From contig CAXDMJ010000002.1 in the NCBI GenBank assembly GCA_963990035.1, positions 3,441-67,440 on the forward strand: a stretch of 64,000 bases of DNA. The letters run 5' to 3'. A program made the position numbers and the translations under genes. This stretch comes from an uncultured Candidatus Poseidoniales archaeon (lineage in GTDB: Archaea; Thermoplasmatota; Poseidoniia; Poseidoniales; Thalassarchaeaceae). The notes beneath the pieces are model-generated. The model was not told where the DNA came from. It made no database searches and saw only the letters and a program-made list of their open reading frames with translations. Of this stretch, positions 1 to 9,231 are shown one piece after another (the stretch's first letter is position 1; each line of letters opens with the position of its first letter).

Positions 1-356
1 AAGGTCTTGAATCCCAAAGAACTAATCGTCTTTACCCTGAGCAAGAAAAATCTTCTTATGTTTCAAAATGTTTTGGCGATGAGGTCACTACAATCGCTGT
101 CTCAGATTATATAATTGCGGTTCCAGAAATGATTCAACGCTGGGTTGGCGGAAATTATGTAGTTCTGGGAACTGATGGTTTTGGTCGTTCAGATGATCGT
201 TCAGAACTAAGAAGATTTTTTGAGATTGATACAGAAAGTATAGTTCTAGCGACAATTTCCGCATTAGAAAGAGAGGGACTAGTTAAGACAGGACTTACAG
301 AAGAGATAGTTACTAAATTTAAGATATCTAGAAAAAGAATTGATAAGACTAATTAA
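1..356 (+). CDS. aceE: Pyruvate dehydrogenase E1 component, AceE type, C-terminal part (truncated by window start)
   Basis: Frame is open from the window start. LGTDGFGRSD-x-R-x-ELRRFFEID matches the AceE C-terminus. Confidence 0.88.
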   Translation, partial: GLESQRTNRLYPEQEKSSYVSKCFGDEVTTIAVSDYIIAVPEMIQRWVGGNYVVLGTDGFGRSDDRSELRRFFEIDTESIVLATISALEREGLVKTGLTEEIVTKFKISRKRIDKTN

Positions 357-760
357 TTTTTATCACTAAATTTTATATCAATATCCATTGATTTACTGAC
401 TGAATGACATACTGGACAATCACATCCTTCGGCAATTAGCCATTTTCGGTCATCTGAGTTGAGACTTTTCGGTAGTTTTATTCTTATTTCTAATCTACTA
501 ATTCTTCGAGGATTTACTGCCATGATTTTCTCTACATCTCCGTACATACTATCAATCTGAATATTCTTTTCCCTAGCCCTAATTCCAATTATAGTCATTA
601 TACAAGTTAACATAGATGTTGCCAATAAATCAGTTGGTGAAAATGATTCTCCTCTACCTTGATTATCAATAGGGGCATCTGTAATTATTTTTTTACCTGA
701 GGGAGTATGTGTTGCAATACAACGTAACCCTCCTTCATATTTCACTTCAATTCTAACCAT
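353..760 (-). CDS. OsmC/YhfA family protein
   Basis: TDAPIDNQGRGESFSPTDLLATS-x2-TC and CPV-x2-S motifs with the two conserved Cys. Confidence 0.88.
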   Translation of the reverse strand: MVRIEVKYEGGLRCIATHTPSGKKIITDAPIDNQGRGESFSPTDLLATSMLTCIMTIIGIRAREKNIQIDSMYGDVEKIMAVNPRRISRLEIRIKLPKSLNSDDRKWLIAEGCDCPVCHSVSKSMDIDIKFSDKN

Positions 761-1480
761 TCAATTACCACCTAAGCTTTGTAAAACTGAAGAATTTAGA
801 GAGAAATTATGTTCCAACGCCTCTTCTATACTCACCCAATCGGGAGTACTCCCATCAATCCAGTCATATCTATGACCAGGTATGAGCCTCCATTCTTGAG
901 GGAGTTCTCTAAGTAAATTGCGAGCATATAGGATGCTATTCCATTGCGCTGAAGGGTCGCTACCTGGTAAGTCAACCCTGCCGCTATGAGCTGTAAAAAG
1001 AAGGTCACCAGCATGATATACGCCATGCCCATGAATAGTGACATGCCCAGGAGCATGCCCAGGAGAGTGTGTTATATCCAAACTAATCCCTCCTGCCGAC
1101 CATTTCACTGTAGTATCTGCATTATTATCCCATATGTTTGTAAAATCAACTTTCTTGAAGACAACATGTGCCAGAAGTCCCGATACGCCAGCATCTTTGT
1201 GACCCCATACTTCAATTTCTGGAACAAGTTTTATCATATCTGAATATCCTTCGACATGGTCTCTGTGAGTATGGGTATAGAGTAAATGAGTAGGTCGCAA
1301 ACCCTCATTTTCTAATGCTTTCACCCATCTTTTCGAATCAAAAGGGTCAACAATAGCGACTGTACCAGTAGAACGATTTATCCATGCAGTATTCATATTC
1401 ATATAATTACCCATTTGTGTAACCCAAACCTCAACGCCATTTCCCTCATCACGGATATCAAACTCTCCCTCTGCAAGCAT
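761..1480 (-). CDS. Metallo-beta-lactamase fold hydrolase (glyoxalase II-like)
   Basis: THTHRDH, PGHAPGH, GDLLF and PGH metal-binding motifs. Confidence 0.9.
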   Translation of the reverse strand: MLAEGEFDIRDEGNGVEVWVTQMGNYMNMNTAWINRSTGTVAIVDPFDSKRWVKALENEGLRPTHLLYTHTHRDHVEGYSDMIKLVPEIEVWGHKDAGVSGLLAHVVFKKVDFTNIWDNNADTTVKWSAGGISLDITHSPGHAPGHVTIHGHGVYHAGDLLFTAHSGRVDLPGSDPSAQWNSILYARNLLRELPQEWRLIPGHRYDWIDGSTPDWVSIEEALEHNFSLNSSVLQSLGGN

Positions 1481-1675
1481 ATGACATATCCAAGTGTACC
1501 TACTGCATAGCCATACCGGCTTACATTCAAAGGAGAGGTTTCATAGCGAACTCTGTAAGTCGAAGCGTGTGAATCAAGTGCTGACTCCATTCACTGAAGA
1601 AAAGGCTCTTACAGCAGTAATCCTACTTCACAGTGTATTATCATCAGTCCGAGAGTAAATAATGGAGATACTTCA

Positions 1676-4528
1676 ATGGAATATGATATACAGCAAATAG
1701 AAGCCCATTGGCAAAAACAATGGAAAAATAATAAGATATTTTCTGTCAATATAGATCATTCAAAACCTAAATTTTACTGTCTTGAAATGTTTCCTTATCC
1801 CTCAGGTAATATGCATATGGGGCATGTTAGAAACTATTCCATTGGAGATGCAATGGCTAGATTTCAAAGATTAATGGGTAAAAATGTTCTATACCCAATG
1901 GGCTATGACTCATTTGGAATGCCTGCAGAAAATGCAGCTAAGAAAGAAGGCGGGCATCCGCATAATGTTACTGAAAGAAATATAGCAATGATTCGAACCG
2001 ATCAGGAAAGAATGGGCTATTCTTATGATTGGAGTCGCACTTTTGCTACATCCACTCCCGAATATTATCGTTGGAATCAAGAAATTTTCATTCGATTCTA
2101 TGAAGCTGGACTAGTTGAAAGACGTTTTGCTCCAGTAAATTGGTGTAATGATTGTGATACTGTACTTGCTAACGAACAAGTCAAGAATAATCGATGCTGG
2201 CGTTGCGGTTTAGAAGTAGTTCAGAAAGATATGGCACAATGGTTTTTACGTATGACTGAATATGCTGATGAACTACTTGATGATTTAGATAATATTGATT
2301 TTCCAGAGAATGTTAAAGCAATGCAACGTAACTGGATTGGGCGTTCCCATGGTGCTCATATTGATTTCCCTATAGTTGGAGAAGATACTGTAATTGGGGC
2401 ATTTACTACTCGACCAGATACTATATTTGGAGTGACATTCCTTACTTTATCGCCAGAACATCCTCTTTGTGAGTTACTTGTTACAGGAACAGAATATGAA
2501 AAAGGTTGGAAAGATCTTCGCGATGAGTGCTCAAAAATGTCAGAGTTTGAAAGAATTAATATGCTTAAAGAAAAGAAAGGAGTCCCCTTAGGAAGAGACG
2601 CAGTTAACCCCTTGAGTGGCGAAAAGGTTCCTATATTTGCAGGTAATTTTGTAGTTGCTAGTTATGGTACTGGTGCAGTAATGGCAGTACCAGGGCATGA
2701 TCAGAGAGATTATGACTTCGCTAAAAAATATGGGCTTCCAATCAAGCCTGTACTTTCTAGAACTAATGGCGCGGAAGCAATTGAAGAAAATCCAGTATTA
2801 GATTCTCTTGGATATATGACAAATTCTTCTCGGGAAGGATTTGATGGATTATTTGGAGATGATGCGAAAGATGCAGTTATCAAAATTCTTGAGTCCGAAG
2901 GAGCGGGTCATGGTACGGTTCAATATAGGTTGAAAGATTGGTTATTGAGTCGCCAGAGATTTTGGGGTACTCCAATACCAATGCTTCATTGTGAGTCCTG
3001 TGGCGTGGTTCCAGTTAAATCTCAAGATCTTCCTGTTGAGTTACCTCTAGATGTCAAATTTAGTTGGGGTGAGAGTGGCAATCCTCTTGCCTCTAGTGAT
3101 AACTTCCTATCTACAAACTGTTCACAATGTGGAGGTCCTGCAAAGCGTGAAACAGATACTATGGATACATTTTATGATTCTTCCTGGTATTTCTTAAGGT
3201 ATGGTGATTCTAATAATAAGAGTGAACCTTTTGATCGAGAAGCCATAGATTATTGGATGGATGGAGGTATTGATTTGTATATTGGTGGGATTGAGCATGC
3301 CGTCATGCATCTTCTTTATGCGAGATTTTTCACTAAAGCCATGAGGGATCTTGGCATGAATACAACAGGCGAACCGTTCGGACAACTAGTATGTCAAGGA
3401 ATGTTAAATGCCCCGGCTCCTTTCTGTATCGAATGTAATACTGAATATCATATTGATAATTTTGATGGAGACTGTCCATCTTGTAGCAAAGTTCTAGGAA
3501 CTAGGCAGGCCAAGATGAGTAAATCGCTAGGGAATACTGTAAGTCCGGGCCTTATGGTAGATAAATATGGAGCAGATACAGTTCGCCTATTCATCCTATT
3601 CGGGGCTAATCCGGAAGCAGGTATGGATTGGTCAGACAATGCGATCGTATCTAATTCTCGTCAAATGCAATCATTAATTGAGGCATTTGAATCATCTATA
3701 AGTTTTGATAATTCTCCAAAACCAATTGATAATTGGATTTTAGCTAGAATGCGTCTTAATCATTCTAAATGGAAAATAGCAATGGAAAATGTTAGTTTAC
3801 GCGAAGGTGTAATGATTAGTCACTTTGATATGCTCTCTGATTGGCATTGGTATAGACGAAGAGGTGGTTCAGATGCGAATACTGCCAAGAACTTCTTCAC
3901 TAACTGGATACCAATGCTAGCTCCAGCAACTCCTCATATTGCAGAAGAATTTTGGTCAAAGATAGGTGGACAAGAAATGGTAAGTGAACTATCTATCAAA
4001 GATCTGAAGATACATGAAGATGACCTTACTTATCTTGCAAAAGAAAGCTATCTTCGAAATTTGATAGATAGTTCAAGAAATATTAAAGGGCTCGCTCAGA
4101 GACATTCAGAGACTACAATATCTAGTTGCATAATACAAACAGCTCCTGATTGGAAAAATTCTTTAGCATCCGCTGCAATTTCTCTCAAATCATCCGATTT
4201 TGATTTTAAGAAGAACGGGCAAGATTATGTTAAATCTTTAGATATATTTAGTATTGATAAATTACGAGGTGAGATATTTCAATCATGGCAAGCATTGACA
4301 TTAGGAAATAAGAAAAATCGCGGAAAAATATATACTTGGTCGGAAGGTGAAATTTCACTCATATGTTCTAAATTCAATGAAACAGAATTAATTAATGACA
4401 ATGCTAATTTCATTGCTCAAGCACTTTCCGTTGACTCTGTAAAGTCGTATAAGGTAGGGGATGGCGATGATGTTGCAGGAAAGGCTCGAGTCTCATCTCC
4501 ATTAGATCCAGGCATTGCATTTCTCTAA
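1676..4528 (+). CDS. leuS: Leucine--tRNA ligase
   Basis: MFPYPSG-x-MHMGH (HIGH-like), FTTRPDT and GTGAVMAVPGHDQRD editing motifs, DTMDTF, KMSKS. Confidence 0.97.
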   Translation: MEYDIQQIEAHWQKQWKNNKIFSVNIDHSKPKFYCLEMFPYPSGNMHMGHVRNYSIGDAMARFQRLMGKNVLYPMGYDSFGMPAENAAKKEGGHPHNVTERNIAMIRTDQERMGYSYDWSRTFATSTPEYYRWNQEIFIRFYEAGLVERRFAPVNWCNDCDTVLANEQVKNNRCWRCGLEVVQKDMAQWFLRMTEYADELLDDLDNIDFPENVKAMQRNWIGRSHGAHIDFPIVGEDTVIGAFTTRPDTIFGVTFLTLSPEHPLCELLVTGTEYEKGWKDLRDECSKMSEFERINMLKEKKGVPLGRDAVNPLSGEKVPIFAGNFVVASYGTGAVMAVPGHDQRDYDFAKKYGLPIKPVLSRTNGAEAIEENPVLDSLGYMTNSSREGFDGLFGDDAKDAVIKILESEGAGHGTVQYRLKDWLLSRQRFWGTPIPMLHCESCGVVPVKSQDLPVELPLDVKFSWGESGNPLASSDNFLSTNCSQCGGPAKRETDTMDTFYDSSWYFLRYGDSNNKSEPFDREAIDYWMDGGIDLYIGGIEHAVMHLLYARFFTKAMRDLGMNTTGEPFGQLVCQGMLNAPAPFCIECNTEYHIDNFDGDCPSCSKVLGTRQAKMSKSLGNTVSPGLMVDKYGADTVRLFILFGANPEAGMDWSDNAIVSNSRQMQSLIEAFESSISFDNSPKPIDNWILARMRLNHSKWKIAMENVSLREGVMISHFDMLSDWHWYRRRGGSDANTAKNFFTNWIPMLAPATPHIAEEFWSKIGGQEMVSELSIKDLKIHEDDLTYLAKESYLRNLIDSSRNIKGLAQRHSETTISSCIIQTAPDWKNSLASAAISLKSSDFDFKKNGQDYVKSLDIFSIDKLRGEIFQSWQALTLGNKKNRGKIYTWSEGEISLICSKFNETELINDNANFIAQALSVDSVKSYKVGDGDDVAGKARVSSPLDPGIAFL

Positions 4529-4545
4529 CAAATTCTATTTCTCTC

Positions 4546-5649
4546 ATGACTTCACACGGTGGGTTCATGTTGCAACTTCGCTTCGAAGGTCCGTTGAGCG
4601 AACAAGATGAGGGTAAAAAGCGGCAAAAGCGTCGTTCTCGTCAGCGCCGAAAAAGTGGACAAAAGAATACTTTAGAAACTAATTCCGGTGGAGACGATGA
4701 GGCTATACAGCGTGCTCTATCGAGATTTTCAGTAGATCCCCCACCGATGGGGTTCTCTCAAGATATAGATCCACCTGCTAGGATTGTAAATGTCAAATGG
4801 AAGTTAAATGCAGTTAAAAAATCAGTTCAAACTAAAGCAAGTCCTTTAGTTTGTTCACCTGGTGAATTCGGCTTTCTTCCTGAAGAAAGAGTCCAAGAAA
4901 TTGCTGAAAAAATCAAAAAATTAGACATTACTCTCGAACAATCTCTTTCATTACGTAGCGCCTTAAATCAAGAAAAAAGTGTATATTCACATGGTCGTTT
5001 AATGAGTCGTGCCAATGAATTGAAGAGAAGATATGATAGTGGAGAAAGTGTTCTTTCACTTTCTACTCGATTTGATGCACCACCAGTAAATGTATTCAGA
5101 GCAATATTGACTGGACGAGGATGGTCTAAAAATAAAATTAAGGAGACTCTCAAGGCACCAAGTAAAATGAATGAAAAAGATCGTGAACAATTCCAATTAG
5201 CTGAATCCGCAGATCGTGTTAGTTCGGTGAATCAATCTGAAACTCAAAACGCAGCTGAAGTTTTTGAAGATATATTATGTGACTATTTTTCCTCTCTTAA
5301 TGTTCGATTCCGCCGTCAAGAAGATTTACTCGACGAACAAAAGAAATCCGAAGGCAGAGCAATAATAACTCCTGATTTATTATTATTAGATGACGTAAGA
5401 ATAAATGGGATTCCTTGTGCTTGGATTGATGCAAAACACTTCTTTGGTGCTGATTTAAGATTCCCCAAGAAAAAAACTCAGAAGCAAGTTGATAGATATG
5501 TAAATGAATATGGTCAAGGGGCTATTGTGTATAGGCATGGTTTTTGTGAAAGTTTGAAATTGAAAGGCGCAATTTTACTTGATTCCAGTCCATTAGATTT
5601 AGAACCACTAGCTACATTTCATGAGAATATCAGAGCTAATTCAGAATAA
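4546..5649 (+). CDS. TPD-domain protein (CDIN1/C15orf41-like PD-(D/E)xK nuclease) with N-terminal extension
   Basis: TPDLLL...WIDAKHFFG...QVDRY...GQGAIVYRHGF resembles the TPD family signature. Confidence 0.75.
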   Translation: MTSHGGFMLQLRFEGPLSEQDEGKKRQKRRSRQRRKSGQKNTLETNSGGDDEAIQRALSRFSVDPPPMGFSQDIDPPARIVNVKWKLNAVKKSVQTKASPLVCSPGEFGFLPEERVQEIAEKIKKLDITLEQSLSLRSALNQEKSVYSHGRLMSRANELKRRYDSGESVLSLSTRFDAPPVNVFRAILTGRGWSKNKIKETLKAPSKMNEKDREQFQLAESADRVSSVNQSETQNAAEVFEDILCDYFSSLNVRFRRQEDLLDEQKKSEGRAIITPDLLLLDDVRINGIPCAWIDAKHFFGADLRFPKKKTQKQVDRYVNEYGQGAIVYRHGFCESLKLKGAILLDSSPLDLEPLATFHENIRANSE

Positions 5650-6615
5650 TTTTCGAATTTTTGTTTTTTGAGTTATGAAACCTATCTTATTTAGTTCATA
5701 GATTAGTTCAGATAATTCAGAATATTTTTTTTCCTCTATTCTCTTAGGTACAATAACTATACTTTCTCCTAACATGCATAAAAGTGGTTTAACTTCTAAT
5801 GATAATGAATTAATGATATTTTCAGCGTCTTTAAGTAATTCGAATCTACTTGAATCTGAAAGTAAACCACTTTCTTTAGCGAAATTTTCAGTTCTTTCTA
5901 ATAATTCGAGCCAACGTCCTTTATTCCAATCATCTTTCATTAGTTCATTCATTTGTTTCATACCCGCTTTACTGATAGATTCTTTCCATAAAGGAGCATC
6001 AATATATGATGAAGTATGTTTTCCTGAATCTTTTTTCCAAGCTAAGATAACCTCTATATCTTCAAACCAACCATCTGATTTTCCAGGGCCTTTAGTTAGT
6101 AATTCACCGCTAAATGGTGAGCCAGGTGATATTCTCCTCTCAACACCACCTGCTGCTAAAGCTGTAACATCACCCAATCCTGTTGACATGCTTCTTTCAA
6201 CTCGGTGTGAAATCGCTAAAGAACGTCTCAAACTTTCTTCATGAGGCTCCCCAATCGCCCTTTGAAATGCCATAGCCGCCGAGATAGCTCCTGCTGCAGA
6301 CATTCCAAAACCTTGAGATATCGGTAATTTTAATTTTACAGCCAAATCCCAACTATAATTATTGATATCGGTTATATCTTTAGCTAATAATTTTAGAACT
6401 TTTTCATATAATTCTGAATCCCCACTTCCTTGAATAAATTCAACATTAATACCAAAACTCCCTTCAATCCCTCTTGCAATAGCCTCAACTCCATGTTCTA
6501 GACATAGTCCAACACCCAAACTTCCCTGTTGATCTAAATCTGTAGAATCATCATTAACTGTGAAAATAAGTGTGACATGCGAACCTGACTCACCACGTCC
6601 CAATAGAACGGTCAT
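5641..6615 (-). CDS. Pantoate kinase (GHMP kinase family)
   Basis: GSLGVG, LPISQGFGMSAAGA and TGLGDV motifs. Start placed at ATG 6615, 22 nt downstream of a TATA-like element. Confidence 0.85.
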   Translation of the reverse strand: MTVLLGRGESGSHVTLIFTVNDDSTDLDQQGSLGVGLCLEHGVEAIARGIEGSFGINVEFIQGSGDSELYEKVLKLLAKDITDINNYSWDLAVKLKLPISQGFGMSAAGAISAAMAFQRAIGEPHEESLRRSLAISHRVERSMSTGLGDVTALAAGGVERRISPGSPFSGELLTKGPGKSDGWFEDIEVILAWKKDSGKHTSSYIDAPLWKESISKAGMKQMNELMKDDWNKGRWLELLERTENFAKESGLLSDSSRFELLKDAENIINSLSLEVKPLLCMLGESIVIVPKRIEEKKYSELSELIYELNKIGFITQKTKIRKLF

Positions 6616-6659
6616 ACTAATGCGTCCAATATCCAAGTGAATAAATGCTTGTCAACTAA

Positions 6660-7544
6660 TCAGAATACTGCATCAGAATCTTGTTCAATTGCATTGAATC
6701 TTCCTGCTAATTCTTTTGCAGCCATATTAAATGCAGTTCTTGGAGTCATTGAACCATCCGTCTCAAAACTCAAAATAAATTCTCTAGGTACTTCTTCAAG
6801 AGAAATTGCATTTTTGAAACTTTTAGACTCTTCAGTTCCTTCACCTACATGATGTAGTTGTTTCTTTAATTCTTGTACTTTCTGAAAATCTTCTAACTTT
6901 CCATCAGTAAAATCTTTTGCTGTAATTCCTAATTTTAAATCCCATAACATTTTTGCTTTTGTTTTGTTATTAATTACACCAATTCGATTCGCTTCAAAAG
7001 TAACGCCACAAGCAGGAGACCATTTTGCATGATCTCTCCCTCTACCCATAATTGCTGTTGCATAGAATTCAACCATTTGTCCACGGAAAAGTTTTGTAAT
7101 TGGTATTGTTTTGTATAGTTCTGGGATTTCTAAAGTAGCATCTCCAAGATAATTCAAATCTCTTGCGGTAACCATTGTCCCTTCTTCACTTCCGAATGCT
7201 TTACATGTGTAAATCATAGTACACATAGGGCAACCTCGATCTTCTTCTACAAGTTCTTTACAGTTAGGGCATTCATCTTGGAAATGAAACTCTTCATGAC
7301 GAGTTGGTATTGGAATCATTGCAAGTCTTTGTGCAATCATTTCGTCAGGAAGTGGACCGTTAGTCTCCCAAATAACATCTTCTTGTTCAATAGTTCCCAT
7401 TTCGAAACGAACAGTTTCTATAGCCATTTTTGGAGTATCTGAAACTAAAGACCTTCTAATTGAGTTAACAAACGCTCTGTCAGTATCAGCCAAGAGAATC
7501 TTGATTTTATCATCAGTTTCTTCAATAATTGTAACTTTAACCAT
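6660..7544 (-). CDS. rpoD: DNA-directed RNA polymerase subunit D (Rpo3)
   Basis: FVNSIRR, DEMIAQRLAMIP, GRGRDHAKWSP, FETDGS motifs. Canonical position after rps11. Confidence 0.95.
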   Translation of the reverse strand: MVKVTIIEETDDKIKILLADTDRAFVNSIRRSLVSDTPKMAIETVRFEMGTIEQEDVIWETNGPLPDEMIAQRLAMIPIPTRHEEFHFQDECPNCKELVEEDRGCPMCTMIYTCKAFGSEEGTMVTARDLNYLGDATLEIPELYKTIPITKLFRGQMVEFYATAIMGRGRDHAKWSPACGVTFEANRIGVINNKTKAKMLWDLKLGITAKDFTDGKLEDFQKVQELKKQLHHVGEGTEESKSFKNAISLEEVPREFILSFETDGSMTPRTAFNMAAKELAGRFNAIEQDSDAVF

Positions 7545-7554
7545 ATTTTACACC

Positions 7555-7938
7555 TCACACTCTTCGGCCACGGCGGCCACCCTTTGCTTTCGTCCCATCA
7601 GTAGGGATTGGAGTAACATCTTCAATACGTGTTATTTGAACACCTGCTCTAGTAAGAGCACGTATAGCAGAAGTTGCCCCTGGTGCATTGTGATTTCTAT
7701 TTCCACCTGCTCCACGATACTTTACAATCACTTGATCAAATTCTTTCTCAGAGAGCATTTCTGCTATTCTCTCAGCAGCACGAGTAGATGCAAATTGTCC
7801 ACCTGAATCGCTTCCACCCTTGGTTACCATACCTCCAGATACTTTGCAGATAGTTTCTGCTCCTGTTAAATCTGTAGCCGTGATAAGCACGTTGTTACTA
7901 GTACTGTAGATATGTAAAATCGCTTTATGTCCCATCAT
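7555..7938 (-). CDS. rps11: 30S ribosomal protein S11 (uS11)
   Basis: TDLTGAET, IEDVTPIPTDGT and GGRRGRRV motifs; operon context. Confidence 0.95.
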   Translation of the reverse strand: MMGHKAILHIYSTSNNVLITATDLTGAETICKVSGGMVTKGGSDSGGQFASTRAAERIAEMLSEKEFDQVIVKYRGAGGNRNHNAPGATSAIRALTRAGVQITRIEDVTPIPTDGTKAKGGRRGRRV

Positions 7939-8642
7939 TTACCCCCCTTAGGAATAGTTTCTTCTATTTTTGGAGCATTTGAAGCATCTTTCTTTATTTG
8001 CTCAACGAATTCTTCAGTAGCGGCTTTTGGTCCTCCTACTTCTTCAGTAGCAGCATTAGCTCCTCCTACTTCTTCAGGTTCTTCATTCACCATAGTTAGC
8101 CTTAATTTTTCCATTTCTACTCTAAATGGATGATTTGGGTCATTGTATACTGAATTAGACGAATAACGTAACATTTCTTCTTCTTGCTTTCTAATATGAT
8201 ATCCGGGAACTGTCATACGTTGTTCGTCTATAGACACGTGCCCATGAACAATCATATTTCTTGCAGCCCGCATAGTTGGTGCTAGGCCTCTGTAGTAAAC
8301 AACTGATTGAAGTCTTCTAGAGAGCATATGTTCAACGTTTATTTGAAGTACGTCGTCAATATTTGCCCCATCTGGAAGCAAACCTTGTCTACACAATGAA
8401 TTTATCAAATCGGTTTTTTCTCTAGCAAAATGCCCTTCAGTAGTATCAACTCTTCCGATTAGCTTCATTGCTTGATTTCGATGTCTTCGTAGAGATGATT
8501 TCTCTCTCCATATTTCTTTCATTCCACCGACTTTCTTCAATCCATATTTTTCTTTAAGAGCATGCTCTTCATCGATACGAGCTTGTTTCCATGGATGAGT
8601 TGGCGTTTGTGTTTTTGACCTTGCAAATTTAGGATCTCCCAT
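7935..8642 (-). CDS. rps4: 30S ribosomal protein S4 (uS4) with acidic C-terminal extension
   Basis: MGDPK...TPTHPW, RRLQSVVY-x2-GLA and AR-x2-IVHGHV motifs. Confidence 0.96.
   Translation of the reverse strand: MGDPKFARSKTQTPTHPWKQARIDEEHALKEKYGLKKVGGMKEIWREKSSLRRHRNQAMKLIGRVDTTEGHFAREKTDLINSLCRQGLLPDGANIDDVLQINVEHMLSRRLQSVVYYRGLAPTMRAARNMIVHGHVSIDEQRMTVPGYHIRKQEEEMLRYSSNSVYNDPNHPFRVEMEKLRLTMVNEEPEEVGGANAATEEVGGPKAATEEFVEQIKKDASNAPKIEETIPKGGK
8011..8077. repeat. Imperfect 30-bp tandem duplication inside the rps4 tail (EEVGGANAAT / EEVGGPKAAT)
   Basis: tcttcagtagcggcttttggtcctcctact followed by tcttcagtagcagcattagctcctcctact, then tcttcag. Confidence 0.85.
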
Positions 8643-8651
8643 AATTACACC

Positions 8652-9116
8652 TCACTTCTTCCTCTGCACACCAAGTGCAGTACCGCTTCTTCCATTACTT
8701 CGTAATCTCTGTCCACGGACTTTATGTCCACTTCTATGTCTTAGGCCACGATATGTTTTCATACCTGCTAAACGTGAAATATCGTCATCTCGAGTCATCC
8801 TAACATCCATTGCTACAAGATGTGCATCTTCGTTTGATTCCAAGTCTCTTTGTCTGTTAACTAACCACCATGGCACGTTAGTTGCATATCCGTCAATTGT
8901 AGTTCTAAGTCTATCTTGCTCAGACTCGTCAAGATGACCTCCAAGTTTTGTTCCATCTACCTCTGCTAATCTACAGAGTTGTTGTGATGTACGCACTCCT
9001 ATGCCTTTAACCGACGCCAAACCAATAGCAATTGGTTTCAATCCGTCTATGTCGCTGTCAGCCATTCTGATAATATAGGAGAAGTCATCTCCAATCTCTT
9101 GTTTTTCTTTACTCAT
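8652..9116 (-). CDS. rps13: 30S ribosomal protein S13 (uS13)
   Basis: KGIG, WLVNRQRD and YRGLRH-x2-GHKVRGQR motifs. Confidence 0.96.
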   Translation of the reverse strand: MSKEKQEIGDDFSYIIRMADSDIDGLKPIAIGLASVKGIGVRTSQQLCRLAEVDGTKLGGHLDESEQDRLRTTIDGYATNVPWWLVNRQRDLESNEDAHLVAMDVRMTRDDDISRLAGMKTYRGLRHRSGHKVRGQRLRSNGRSGTALGVQRKK

Positions 9117-9119
9117 TGT

Positions 9120-9190
9120 ACGGTTCCCCCGTGTTCACTGTTTCCAGTGGCCTTTACGGCAACCTCGCGACTTACCAGCCCTATTTCAAC
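9120..9190 (-). promoter_or_regulatory. TATA-like element (GTTGAAAT) and three-hairpin 5' leader of the rps13 operon
   Basis: Minus strand: GCC-GUAAA-GGC, CACUG-GAAA-CAGUG, ACGG-GGGAA-CCGU immediately before the AUG. Confidence 0.5.
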
Positions 9191-9231
9191 CCACCCGCTA
9201 ATATTTGGGAGGTAATTTATCCTTAATCTTG

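Noticed and set aside
1540..1675. T-box riboswitch upstream of leuS
   Set aside because: An irregular hairpin is present, but there is no UGGNACC T-box sequence or terminator/antiterminator pair.
5774..6244. 156-aa plus-strand ORF
   Set aside because: Antisense shadow of pantoate kinase with no motif.
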